Shown: in pieces, positions 1-9,740 of the stretch
Layout: every line of letters starts with the position of its first letter
How positions within the stretch are numbered: position 1 is the stretch's first letter
Origin: a bacterium
Lineage (GTDB): Bacteria; Electryoneota; JAOADG01
Reading direction: 5' to 3'
DNA: 64,000 nt
Assembly (NCBI GenBank): GCA_026417415.1
Contig: JAOADG010000001.1
Span: 6,671-70,670, forward strand
The notes under the pieces: generated by a model
What the model saw: only the letters and a program-made list of their open reading frames with translations
The model's database searches: none
Told to the model about the DNA's origin: nothing
Program-made: the position numbers and the translations under genes

Positions 1-1
1 T

Positions 2-643
2 TCAACTTTAAGTTTAGCAATTACTTGGATTGCACATGCGATCGTTTGGGTATGGTCCTATCAAGCAAGTTTTGAAAAAACTTGGAACTTTGCACATGTA
101 TTCAAAGGTCTTGCAAAAGTACCAAGAGTAATTCTTGGATATGGTATCTCTTTTGCTGCATTGTTATTTATCATTCTTTTATTATCTCCACTATTATTAC
201 TAACACTATTAAGTCAAAAAATGATAATTTGGTATCTGTTTGGAATTCTATTTGGAGTAATGTTTTTCATTATTCGCTGGCAACCAAAGTTTGAATACTT
301 TATTGTGGGGTTAGCGATTACGGATGAACCTATTCATATATTATGGAATGAATGGCGACATTTGCCACATTGGATATGGTTGAGATTTCTATCATTATTG
401 ATATTTCAAGTTTTATTCATATTTCTACTATTTCTTTTCACTGCGCCGTTTTTATTGATTGAAAATGCAGTTATAGCAGAATCCTTACAAGGATTAATTT
501 TGTCAATTGGCCTCTATATAGGTGTAGCCATTACAGGAATTGCATTTGTGCGGTCAAGAGACGAGTGGGCAGAAATTACCAATGTAGAAGAAAAAAAATC
601 ACCACCTAAAGATCAATTCAATGAAAGTGAATGGATCAATTAA
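2..643 (+). CDS. Integral membrane protein of unknown function, probably 5'-truncated by the window edge
   Basis: The frame of ORF 161..643 stays open back to base 2 with no stop. The product is mostly hydrophobic helices (LLFIILLLSPLLLL, FLSLLIFQVLFIFLLFLF, LILSIGLYIGVAITGIAF). No family recognised. Confidence 0.4.
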   Translation, partial: STLSLAITWIAHAIVWVWSYQASFEKTWNFAHVFKGLAKVPRVILGYGISFAALLFIILLLSPLLLLTLLSQKMIIWYLFGILFGVMFFIIRWQPKFEYFIVGLAITDEPIHILWNEWRHLPHWIWLRFLSLLIFQVLFIFLLFLFTAPFLLIENAVIAESLQGLILSIGLYIGVAITGIAFVRSRDEWAEITNVEEKKSPPKDQFNESEWIN

Positions 644-1384
644 TTACTTTTCGCTATCTAAAAAGGCACTGTATTCTATCAAAGAAGGTAGTAAAGTTTG
701 TATAGCATTACGTACAGCTTGATGATTTTGTGCTACCCCTTTAAGAAATTCGTCCATTGTTAATTTTACGCCACCTATTCCATTGCCCCAATTATCAACA
801 CTGACTAACAATGCATAGGGTATTTGAATTTCACAAGCAATAGTAAGTTCAGAAGCAGCAGTCATACCAACATAGTGTGCATAATCGGATAACCATTGAA
901 TTTCTGCTTGGGATTCAAAACGTGGACCACGTGATTGAGCATAAACACCACCATCCACAACATCAAAACCATTCAATGTCAATTGTTCAAGGAGAATTGC
1001 ACGGAGCTTGTAATCAAACTGGGGAATCGCATGAATTCGTTCATTTGGACCACAAATGGTTTCAATGGGAAATGGACAAAAGATATCGCTTGGGACACCA
1101 AGTTGTCCCGGATAAATGAGTTCATCTAAAGAACCTACAGAACCAACACCTACAATACTATTCCCCAATTGTTTTGCAGCCAGCAAGTTTGCTGGATGAT
1201 TGATCGCATGGGGTGGAATCAAACCCTCTTTACCGTGACGGTTGATTAACCAACAGTGTTCTTCAATTTGTTTTGCAAACACTTTACCGAAGCGGGTATT
1301 CACCCACTTTTCATCAAGTATATCAAAAGTTGATTCGATGTCAATTGTACCTGAAAGTATAACTACATTTTTAGGACTGTTCAT
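644..1384 (-). CDS. mtnP: S-methyl-5'-thioadenosine phosphorylase family (MTAP / purine nucleoside phosphorylase-like)
   Basis: 246 aa. NRHGKEGLIPPHAINHPANLLAAKQLG...VGSVGSL and RGPRFESQAEI...GMTAASE fit the MTAP pattern (RHG..H..P..vNyrANi.AlK.LGv...avGSL; GPrFsTrAEs..GMT..pEa). Confidence 0.7.
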   Translation of the reverse strand: MNSPKNVVILSGTIDIESTFDILDEKWVNTRFGKVFAKQIEEHCWLINRHGKEGLIPPHAINHPANLLAAKQLGNSIVGVGSVGSLDELIYPGQLGVPSDIFCPFPIETICGPNERIHAIPQFDYKLRAILLEQLTLNGFDVVDGGVYAQSRGPRFESQAEIQWLSDYAHYVGMTAASELTIACEIQIPYALLVSVDNWGNGIGGVKLTMDEFLKGVAQNHQAVRNAIQTLLPSLIEYSAFLDSEK

Positions 1385-1387
1385 AGA

Positions 1388-2437
1388 TTAAATCTCACTT
1401 AATCGAGATTGTTGAATTGCTTTTCTTATTTCTCGGCCTAACTTTTGTAAAACAATATCCCAAGTATAATTTTCGCGTACTCGATTTTGGGCATTTAGTC
1501 CATATTGGAATTGTAAAGATTCATTTTTCCACAAATAGTTTATCGCATCTGCTAACAGTTTTGTATTGTTGGCTTCAACTACCAAACCTGTTTTTTCATG
1601 AACAACTGCTTCTGGCAAACCACCTGAGTTCGTGACAACCGCAGGGATACCACAAGCTGCGGCTTCAAGAACAGGTAATCCAAACCCTTCTAATTCACCC
1701 AATTTTTGACCAAAAGAACTCAACACCACAAATTTGGCAGCACGATAAACACTTACCAAATCCTCATCATTGATTGAACCCAACCATTTTACTCGATCAT
1801 ATACTTTATTTCTTAATGCAGCTTGTCTTAGTTTTCGTTCTTCTGGTCCACTCCCTACCAACCACAATTCGGGTCCTTCAGGTGGTGGAGGTAGCATAGC
1901 AATGGCTTCTAAAAGAAATGCTTGTCCTTTTTGTGCTAACCAACTGCCTACATTCAGAATTCCTTTTGAATGGATGTCCAATTTGTATTTTTTTAGTACA
2001 TTTTGATCAGGTTTACCCGGTGAGAAACGTAAGGTATCAACCCCATTGGGAACCACAATGGTTTTATTTTGTAATGATGGTGGTAAATTTTTTGCAATGG
2101 CTTCAGATACGCAAAAAATACATTTTGCTTGATGTACAATGGAATTCGTTTCTATTGATTCAAAACCATGAAGAATGACTGCAAAAGGGACTTCTACAGA
2201 AGAAGCCCACCGTAAAGTTTCTCTGGTAAAATAATCTAATCTTGGAACTAATAATAAATTCGGTCTATTTTTTTCTATTACTTTTTGTCCAACCAATTCA
2301 GAACGGTATCGGAGCAACCAACTGGGTGTAAAAATAGTATCTTTGACTGTGTAAATTTGGAAACCTGGTGGAAGTTCACCAATTTGTAAAACTTCCGATT
2401 TAGTCCAAACAAGCACGTCAAAGTTCTGCCGTATCAA
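1388..2437 (-). CDS. Glycosyltransferase family 4 (GT-B, group 1); true N-terminus probably further upstream (see findings)
   Basis: 349 aa from the first canonical start (TTG at 2437). The C-terminal EGFGLPVLEAAACGIPAVVTNSGGLPE motif is typical of GT4. The in-frame upstream sequence encodes KLLISSSSFPPLVGGTATY, the usual GT4 N-terminal loop. Confidence 0.8.
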   Translation of the reverse strand: MIRQNFDVLVWTKSEVLQIGELPPGFQIYTVKDTIFTPSWLLRYRSELVGQKVIEKNRPNLLLVPRLDYFTRETLRWASSVEVPFAVILHGFESIETNSIVHQAKCIFCVSEAIAKNLPPSLQNKTIVVPNGVDTLRFSPGKPDQNVLKKYKLDIHSKGILNVGSWLAQKGQAFLLEAIAMLPPPPEGPELWLVGSGPEERKLRQAALRNKVYDRVKWLGSINDEDLVSVYRAAKFVVLSSFGQKLGELEGFGLPVLEAAACGIPAVVTNSGGLPEAVVHEKTGLVVEANNTKLLADAINYLWKNESLQFQYGLNAQNRVRENYTWDIVLQKLGREIRKAIQQSRLSEI

Positions 2438-2630
2438 TCCACGGCAAATTTCAAATGAATAAGTTGCAGTTCCTCCTACAAGAGGAGGAAAAGATGATGA
2501 TGAAATAAGTAATTTCGTATTGAAATCCGTTTTTTGTAATTTACAAAATCTTTTACTGTAGTTACACGATTTAGTTCATCAATATCAGTTGATTGAAATG
2601 TTTGTCTAACATTAAATAGTAAGGTTAAAT

Positions 2631-4175
2631 ATGAGCACGAAACAAGAACACTTAAAGAAACTAAAAGAATTGGCTTACCAGGGCGGTGGGCAAACAAGAA
2701 TCGAATCGCAACATAGAAAAGGAAAATTAACTGCACGAGAAAGGATAGATTTACTTTTAGATCCCGGAAGTTTTCAAGAACTTGATTTATTGGTCAGAGC
2801 ACGTCCATTTGAAGGTAATGGGGAAACCGAAAGGTATTATACTGATGGTGTGATTACAGGTTGGGGGACTATTCAAGGTCGTACCGTTTTTCTATTTTCA
2901 CAAGATTTTACTATCCAAGGTGGTTCATTGTCAGAAGCTCACGGTGCAAAGATTTGCAAGGTAATGGATATGGCAATGAAGTTAGGAGTACCTGTTATTG
3001 GCTTAAACGATTCCGGTGGTGCTCGTGTTCAAGAAGGGGTGGTCTCACTAGGTGCTTACGCAGATATTTTTCTTAGAAACACGTTAGCAAGTGGGTTGAT
3101 CCCACAGATTTCTGCAATTTTAGGTCCTTGTGCAGGTGGTGCGGTTTATTCTCCCGCAATTACTGATTTTACTATAATGGTCAAACACACAAGTTACATG
3201 TTTGTTACAGGTCCTAAAGTAGTTAAAACCGTAACACACGAAGATGTAAGCAGTGAAGAACTTGGCGGAGCGGAAACACATGCAACCAAATCCGGTGTAG
3301 CACATTTTGCTGCCAATAATGAAATTGAAGCGATGGAAATGATCAAAAAATTGCTGTCTTACATACCGTCCAACAATCGTGAAGATCCACCAACAGTAAC
3401 GTGTAATGATCCAATTACTCGTGAAGAACCTGCATTGGATACCATTATCCCAGAAAACCCCAATAAACCTTATGATATGCGAGATGTAATTAATTTAATC
3501 GTAGATAAAGATAGTTTCTTTGAAGTACACGAATTATTTGCTCCCAATATCATCGTTGGTTTTGCAAGATTAGAAGGAAAGAGTGTAGGTATTATTGCTA
3601 ATCAACCTTCGGTATTAGCAGGGGTTTTAGATATTGATAGTTCAAGAAAAGGGGCAAGGTTTGTTAGATTTTGTGACTGTTTTAATATTCCATTGTTGGT
3701 GTTTGAAGATGTACCTGGATTTCTACCCGGCACAGATCAGGAGTGGCGTGGTATCATTACCAATGGTGCAAAATTGTTGTATGCTTTTTGTGAAGCAACG
3801 GTCCCGAAGATTACTGTGATTACAAGAAAAGCATACGGTGGTGCTTATGATGTGATGAATTCAAAGCATATTCGTGGTGATTTAAATTTTGCCTGGCCTA
3901 CAGCAGAAATAGCAGTGATGGGTGCACAAGGTGCAGTAGAAATTATCTACCACAAAGATCTAAAAAATGCTGCGGATCCAGAAAAAAGAATGCAAGAATT
4001 AGAGCAAATGTATATCAGTAAATTCTCTAATCCTTACATTGCTGCAGAGCGTGGGTATATTGACGATGTAATCGAACCAAGGACAACTCGAGCGAAACTA
4101 ATTTACGGTTTTCGTCTATTAGAGAATAAAGTAGATAAAAATCCACCTAAAAAACATGGTAATATTCCTTTATAG
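2631..4175 (+). CDS. Acyl-CoA carboxylase carboxyltransferase (beta) subunit, propionyl-CoA carboxylase / methylmalonyl-CoA decarboxylase alpha type
   Basis: 514 aa. The layout is colinear with PccB/MmdA as recalled: [64 protein letters not shown]. No biotin carboxylase or BCCP gene is adjacent. Confidence 0.85.
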   Translation: MSTKQEHLKKLKELAYQGGGQTRIESQHRKGKLTARERIDLLLDPGSFQELDLLVRARPFEGNGETERYYTDGVITGWGTIQGRTVFLFSQDFTIQGGSLSEAHGAKICKVMDMAMKLGVPVIGLNDSGGARVQEGVVSLGAYADIFLRNTLASGLIPQISAILGPCAGGAVYSPAITDFTIMVKHTSYMFVTGPKVVKTVTHEDVSSEELGGAETHATKSGVAHFAANNEIEAMEMIKKLLSYIPSNNREDPPTVTCNDPITREEPALDTIIPENPNKPYDMRDVINLIVDKDSFFEVHELFAPNIIVGFARLEGKSVGIIANQPSVLAGVLDIDSSRKGARFVRFCDCFNIPLLVFEDVPGFLPGTDQEWRGIITNGAKLLYAFCEATVPKITVITRKAYGGAYDVMNSKHIRGDLNFAWPTAEIAVMGAQGAVEIIYHKDLKNAADPEKRMQELEQMYISKFSNPYIAAERGYIDDVIEPRTTRAKLIYGFRLLENKVDKNPPKKHGNIPL

Positions 4176-4218
4176 GAACAGATTTATAAATTGTGCGTTC
4201 TTTTTATGGATGTAAGTA

Positions 4219-6357
4219 ATGAAAAATGGGAAGCGAATGAATGGTGTCAATATATTTCAATTTGTAGATGAAAAAATCAAAAGATTATGGTTACATCCAA
4301 AAGTGATTTCAATTTTATGGACCATATGGTTGATTACACGTATCGGACATTTAATCGCGATTTATGATACACCCATCACTAAGATTCTCACAATTGATGC
4401 TGCCCATTATCATGAATTAGCGAAACAATTTGCAGAAAAAGGTTGGGGTAACGAAGCATGGTTTATGAATCCTGGCTACCCAACCTTTGTCGGCATTTTA
4501 TATTGGTTAATAGATGCCAGTCCTTTTGTTGTAATGGGAATACAAACTTTTTTGGAGGGACTGGCACTATGGCTAATTTTAAAAACTGCAAGAAGATTAC
4601 TTACTGAATCAGCTACCAGAGTAGTAATGCTTCTTTGGGTAGGATATGCAATTTTTCCGTATTACAATGGAACATTATTAACTTCAACTTTAATTATTAC
4701 ACTTACCGCTGCAACCCTGTATTTTTTTCTACGTGCACAAGAAAAACAAAAACTGCTTGACTATTTTTTAAGTGGTATAATGATTGGCGCAACTATAGTA
4801 TGTAGGCCAATTCCTTTGCTTTTGCTCTTACTATTGTTCATAACATTTCTTTTTAAAAAACAAGAAACAAAGCGATTTTTAAAATTACTGGTTATTTATT
4901 CGGGTGCAATTCTCATCATATTCCCTTTTACTCTTCGAAATTATCTTGTTTCGGGGCAATTGATTCTATCTCAAACTTCAGGTGGTGTGGTATTTTGGAT
5001 TGGAAACAATGAAAATGCCAACGGATTGTATTATGAAGCACCTTTTCTTACATCTGCAGAGCCAAGCCGAGAAGAAGAAGATTTTCGAGTACGAGCAAGT
5101 CAACTATCCCATCGTGAACTAACAAGTGCTGAAGCATCTTGGTTTTGGTTTAAACAAGCACTCCTATGGATTGTATCCAATCCTTCGGATTTTGGTATTT
5201 TACAGGCCAAAAAATTGCTGTATTGGGGAAATCATATTGAAGCACCTAACAACATCACATTTTATGTTGTTCAAGGATTTTCGCCATTTGTAAAATTTCT
5301 ACCGATACGATGGAGCGTTTTGATGATTTTTTTCTTTGTAGGGCTTTGGTCTGTGTGGAAAGTTAGATGTAAATGGATTTACCCGTTACTGATTCTACTG
5401 ACTTACTTTCTTGCGAACCAATTGTTTTATAGTGCTTCTGAATATCGAGTAGCAGCAGTACCAGTGATGTTTTTATTGGTTGCTTCCGCACTACAATTTT
5501 TATGGCGTTTCCTGTTAAAAAATCAGTTTAATCTTTGGATGATAGGAATTATGGCATTAACGCCGGGTTTTCTGTGGGCACATTATACAAATTCTACCAT
5601 TCAATCCCTAAAAAATATCAAAATGGATTATTTTAATTGGGCGCAAACTGCTTATCGCATGGGTATGATTTACGATGCAATGCAGTATTACCATCAGACG
5701 TTAGCGATTGATCCATTTTTTTGGGAAGGGCATTATCAATTGGCGATGGCATTGTATGAACTCGGTTTTGAAGAACAAGCAAGAGAAGAATTTGCAAGAA
5801 TCGGTTTAACTGGTCCCGAGTTGATATTAGAAAGTAATGTCCCTGTTCCACAAGATTCAACTGGAAAAATTGACAAAGTACAGTTAGAAAATCTATATAA
5901 AAAAATGTTAAAAGAAACAGTCGGACAAAAAAGAGTTCCATTATTGATCGGTTTAGGAGCATTGTACCAAGAACAAAATTCCATAAAACAAGCAAGATCT
6001 TGTTTAGAGGAAGCATACTCTTTGGATAGCACGAAATCAGAAATATCAGTTCGTTTAGCACAAATGGATCTATTAGAAAATAAATTCCAAGATGCTTTAT
6101 CAAAGGTAGAAAAAGTACTTGAAGTACAAGCAGACAATGTATTAGCGAATTTGCTCAAATATCATTTGTTAAAACAGTTAAAACAGGAACAACAAGCAGA
6201 GAAGCAACTTGCTTTACTGCAAGAGTATGCCAAAAGAGATTTTCAATGGCAGTTTTTATTAAAAGAGAAACTCCATTCAAATTTGGGCTTTGAACCCGGT
6301 CCTGAACTAAAACAAATCGTACCAGACACTATTCCATATCCTACTGGAAATTGGTAA
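4219..6357 (+). CDS. Polytopic membrane glycosyltransferase-like protein (GT-C, ArnT/PMT-like) fused to C-terminal TPR repeats
   Basis: 712 aa. The first ~460 aa hold many predicted TM helices in an ArnT/PMT_2-like layout. The last ~250 aa carry TPR-like repeats (AQTAYRMGMIYDAMQYYHQTLAIDP, GALYQEQNSIKQARSCLEEAYSLD). Confidence 0.5.
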   Translation: MKNGKRMNGVNIFQFVDEKIKRLWLHPKVISILWTIWLITRIGHLIAIYDTPITKILTIDAAHYHELAKQFAEKGWGNEAWFMNPGYPTFVGILYWLIDASPFVVMGIQTFLEGLALWLILKTARRLLTESATRVVMLLWVGYAIFPYYNGTLLTSTLIITLTAATLYFFLRAQEKQKLLDYFLSGIMIGATIVCRPIPLLLLLLLFITFLFKKQETKRFLKLLVIYSGAILIIFPFTLRNYLVSGQLILSQTSGGVVFWIGNNENANGLYYEAPFLTSAEPSREEEDFRVRASQLSHRELTSAEASWFWFKQALLWIVSNPSDFGILQAKKLLYWGNHIEAPNNITFYVVQGFSPFVKFLPIRWSVLMIFFFVGLWSVWKVRCKWIYPLLILLTYFLANQLFYSASEYRVAAVPVMFLLVASALQFLWRFLLKNQFNLWMIGIMALTPGFLWAHYTNSTIQSLKNIKMDYFNWAQTAYRMGMIYDAMQYYHQTLAIDPFFWEGHYQLAMALYELGFEEQAREEFARIGLTGPELILESNVPVPQDSTGKIDKVQLENLYKKMLKETVGQKRVPLLIGLGALYQEQNSIKQARSCLEEAYSLDSTKSEISVRLAQMDLLENKFQDALSKVEKVLEVQADNVLANLLKYHLLKQLKQEQQAEKQLALLQEYAKRDFQWQFLLKEKLHSNLGFEPGPELKQIVPDTIPYPTGNW

Positions 6358-6360
6358 TCT

Positions 6361-7488
6361 ATGTTCAAATCTCAGAATATTCCTGAGGACTATGCGATAT
6401 ACGTCCATATTCCTTTTTGTCAAAAAAGGTGTCCCTATTGTGATTTTTATGTTCGTACAGACGCTTATAGAAACTTGTTTTTATATAATGAAACGTTGTT
6501 TGAAGAATTTGATAAAAGAAAAAATGAATTCTCTACTCTCACGAAACCATTTTCACTATATATTGGTGGTGGTACTCCTTCATTAACTTCACCCGCTGAT
6601 ATTCAACGTATCGTTGAATATTGGAAACAAAAAGGGTTAGAAAATTTTTCAGAAATTTCTTTAGAGGCAAATCCAGAGGATTACCAGCGTTTTTTGGAAT
6701 TTTATCAAGTTGGAATCAATCGATTATCAATAGGTGTGCAATCATTTCAGCATGATACGCTTAAAGGTTTAGGAAGAAATCATCATGTTGAAACTGCAAT
6801 TAAAGCGATAGAAACTGCAAAAAATTTACCCTATCGTTCTGTTTCAATAGATTTAATCTGCGGCTTACCATTTGAGACAACTGATGTATGGATACAAACT
6901 TTAAAAATGGCAGTTTCATGTCAGCCTGATCACATATCAGTTTACATTTTAAGTGTTGGACCCAATTCAGCGTTCGGAAAAAGGGCACAAAAAGGATTAC
7001 TTTTATTAGCAGATGAACAAAAAATAGAGAAAGATTATTTGAAAACGATTGAGTTCCTTTCGCAAGAAGGTTATGACCAATATGAAATTTCTAATTTTGC
7101 AAAACCCAATCATGTGTCTCAACATAATCTAAGTTATTGGTCAGGAAGAAAGTACTATGGTTTTGGACCTTCTGCCCATAGTTATTCTGGTGATAAACGG
7201 TATTCTAATTTTTCTGATTTACAAAAATGGAGTGCATCAGTTCACAAAGAAACAATGGAGTATGAATTCGTAGAAGAATTAGATGAAGAAAAGCACAGAA
7301 TAGAAACCATTGCAATGAATATACGGCTGAGAAGTGGATTGAACTGGCGAGACAAAAGATTGAAAATCCCAGAAAAGAAAGTTTCCCAGCTTTTACAAAA
7401 GGGTTTAGCAGTACTCCAAAACGACCATCTAATTTTGACACCTAAAGGAATGTTAAAGGAAAATGCAGTCGTATCATTCTTAATGTGA
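6361..7488 (+). CDS. hemW: Radical SAM HemN-like protein (HemW-type heme chaperone / oxygen-independent coproporphyrinogen oxidase family)
   Basis: 375 aa. N-terminal YVHIPFCQKRCPYCDF carries the CxxxCxxC radical-SAM cluster motif. Length and the HemN_C-like tail fit HemW. Confidence 0.75.
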   Translation: MFKSQNIPEDYAIYVHIPFCQKRCPYCDFYVRTDAYRNLFLYNETLFEEFDKRKNEFSTLTKPFSLYIGGGTPSLTSPADIQRIVEYWKQKGLENFSEISLEANPEDYQRFLEFYQVGINRLSIGVQSFQHDTLKGLGRNHHVETAIKAIETAKNLPYRSVSIDLICGLPFETTDVWIQTLKMAVSCQPDHISVYILSVGPNSAFGKRAQKGLLLLADEQKIEKDYLKTIEFLSQEGYDQYEISNFAKPNHVSQHNLSYWSGRKYYGFGPSAHSYSGDKRYSNFSDLQKWSASVHKETMEYEFVEELDEEKHRIETIAMNIRLRSGLNWRDKRLKIPEKKVSQLLQKGLAVLQNDHLILTPKGMLKENAVVSFLM

Positions 7489-8129
7489 TGGAATACCCCA
7501 TATATAAACGATTGTTGCATTGCTATGGCAAACAAAATTGGTGGCCAGGAGATTCACAATTTGAAATCGCAATAAGTGCAATACTTACACAAAACACTAC
7601 TTGGAAAAATGTTGAAATCGTTTTAAATCGGTTCAAAGCTGAAAAAATAACTACTCCTCAGCAATTCCTACAATTTCCCGAATCCACATTACAATCTATC
7701 ATCCGACCAGTGGGATTTTATCAATTGAAAGTCCGAACTTTAATAGAATTTTCGCGATGGTTCATTCAATACAATCAAAGTGTAAAACGAAAACATTTCT
7801 CTACGACAGATTTACGTCATCAACTATTAAATATTCGTGGCATTGGGAATGAAACTGCAGATGCGATTTTATTGTATGCATTGAATAGGTATACATCCGT
7901 TTCGGATAAATACACACAAAGATTGGCTTATCGTTTAGGTGTGTTTGACAAAATGGAAACGTACCAAAAATTAGCGATCTGGTTACAAACGTTAACCCCT
8001 CCAACGGTGCAAGATCAAAATGAAATCCACGCTTTAATTGTAGTACATTCTAAAACTACATGTACAAAGAAAAATCCCAAGTGTCAACCCTGTCCATTAT
8101 TTGACCTCTGTAAAAGACAAGGACTTTAA
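7485..8129 (+). CDS. Endonuclease III-related HhH-GPD base-excision repair protein with a 4Fe-4S cluster loop
   Basis: 214 aa. Helix-hairpin-helix LLNIRGIGNETADAILLYAL, and a C-terminal Cys ladder CTKKNPKCQPCPLFDLC (C-x6-C-x2-C-x5-C). Confidence 0.65.
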   Translation: MMEYPIYKRLLHCYGKQNWWPGDSQFEIAISAILTQNTTWKNVEIVLNRFKAEKITTPQQFLQFPESTLQSIIRPVGFYQLKVRTLIEFSRWFIQYNQSVKRKHFSTTDLRHQLLNIRGIGNETADAILLYALNRYTSVSDKYTQRLAYRLGVFDKMETYQKLAIWLQTLTPPTVQDQNEIHALIVVHSKTTCTKKNPKCQPCPLFDLCKRQGL

Positions 8130-8134
8130 CTTGT

Positions 8135-9685
8135 TTAACGATACCATAAAAACCAAGTAATGAACAAAACTGGAAGTAAAATCGGAATGCTATATTTCAT
8201 CATATATCCAAAAAATGTAGGGGTGTCACATCCCAATTCGTCCGCAATTGATTTTACCATAAAATTTGGACCATTCCCAATGTAAGTCATTGCACCAAAG
8301 AAGACAGCTGCCATAGAAATAGCAACTACAAAGTAATAAGAGGTTTCTTTGGGAAAAGTTTCTCCCATTGCATTGGTTACCATTAGAGTTGGGAGTGCTG
8401 TTTCTTTTACAAACGGAATCACTTGATCGCCCGGAATAAGCGATTGAACGGGGTGTATAGTCCCTGTGTACAATCCTAAAATCCAATGCATATGATAACT
8501 TGAATCAATTGTAGCTCCGTGCAACCCAAATGCTGCAGAAAGAAAAGTAAGGTAGGTGGGTGCATTGTCTAAAAATGAAGACAGCATCCCAGTCATCCAA
8601 TAAAACATCCCTGGGGTTTGAATACCCATTTCTGAAGCATGTAATTCTAAGTATTGTAGCGCAGGAATCATCGTAGCAAAAATTCCTACAAACAAAAGAG
8701 CAACTTCTTTGATTGGATGAAAAGTAAAATCATTATCGTGATGGATTTTATGAGAAGTAAAGCGATAAGAAAAAAATGCTGCACTAAGTTGAATCAGCTC
8801 TGGTACAAAGATAGGCATCTTTTTATTAAATAAAACGGCTAATATAATCACTAATAAAAAGAAAAAGTTTTTAGCACCTTCAATTTCAAAACGTTTATGG
8901 CCTGGAGGTGGTTCATCATGGCTTGCTTGTTTTTGATTTCGTATATCAAAAAGGTAAAAAATCAACAACAACAAGCCGACTACGAACATCCATTTATACC
9001 ACACGTGTTCAAAAAGCCAAAAGAAAGGAATACCTTTGATATACCCCAGAAAGAGAGGTGGATCACCAATTGGTGTCAAAGCGCCACCACAATTTGCCAC
9101 AATGAAAATAAAGAAAACGATATGATAAGGTCTTAATCGTCCGCGATTGATGCGAATAAAAGGGCGTATTAATAAAGCAGATGCACCGGTTGTTCCAATA
9201 AAATTAGCAATCACTGCGCCAATAGCAAGCAAAATCACATTGGTAATAGGTCTTCCAGGTTTCCAAACACGTATTAGAATTCCACCGGTGACAACAAAGA
9301 GTGAACCGATCAAACTAATAAAACTGATGTATTCATGACCAGTATGAAGCAGACGCATTGTATCTTTAGCAATTAAGAGATAGTAGAAAATGGTGATTAA
9401 TCCTAAAAATATTGCAATTGCAGGATAGTATTTTTCCCAAAAGTGCTTGTTGATTAAAGGGATAATGGCTATAGATAATAAAAGTGTGATGAAAGGAATG
9501 ATCCATACTGGATGGACATCTGAAGCAGCATGACTTGAAGCAAATGCTGGTGTTGTGCCAATGAGTAGGACAAATAGAAATAGAAGAGAACCTAGCAAGA
9601 AATGAAGACCTTTGAAAATGGATTTCACGATGACTCCTTGGGTTGAGCTTCTGTTAAAAGAGATTTCCGAAAAATTTTGTTCCAC
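8135..9685 (-). CDS. Ion transporter of the ArsB/NhaD (CitMHS-like) permease superfamily, putative Na+/H+ antiporter
   Basis: 516 aa with more than 10 TM helices. The GAVIANFIGTTGASALLIRPFI and ANCGGALTPIGDPPLFLGY segments resemble NhaD-like antiporters as recalled. Confidence 0.45.
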   Translation of the reverse strand: MEQNFSEISFNRSSTQGVIVKSIFKGLHFLLGSLLFLFVLLIGTTPAFASSHAASDVHPVWIIPFITLLLSIAIIPLINKHFWEKYYPAIAIFLGLITIFYYLLIAKDTMRLLHTGHEYISFISLIGSLFVVTGGILIRVWKPGRPITNVILLAIGAVIANFIGTTGASALLIRPFIRINRGRLRPYHIVFFIFIVANCGGALTPIGDPPLFLGYIKGIPFFWLFEHVWYKWMFVVGLLLLIFYLFDIRNQKQASHDEPPPGHKRFEIEGAKNFFFLLVIILAVLFNKKMPIFVPELIQLSAAFFSYRFTSHKIHHDNDFTFHPIKEVALLFVGIFATMIPALQYLELHASEMGIQTPGMFYWMTGMLSSFLDNAPTYLTFLSAAFGLHGATIDSSYHMHWILGLYTGTIHPVQSLIPGDQVIPFVKETALPTLMVTNAMGETFPKETSYYFVVAISMAAVFFGAMTYIGNGPNFMVKSIADELGCDTPTFFGYMMKYSIPILLPVLFITWFLWYR

Positions 9686-9740
9686 TTGAAATTCATTATG
9701 TTCCTTTGTACGTTAAATGCACATTGTCTATGAGTCCAAA

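Noticed and set aside
82-294. A 70-aa ORF at the window start.
   Set aside because: It overlaps, in another frame, a longer membrane-protein ORF that stays open to the window edge. There is no independent support.
2476-2736. An 86-aa minus-strand ORF spanning the GT4/pccB intergenic region.
   Set aside because: It overlaps the pccB start and the in-frame GT4 N-terminal extension in a different frame. The product is hydrophobic junk with no support.
5633-6158. Two long antisense ORFs (156 and 140 aa) inside the GT-C/TPR gene.
   Set aside because: They lie fully within a coding region whose sense frame gives a coherent TPR protein. Their products are low-complexity with no motifs or start context, so they are likely shadow ORFs.
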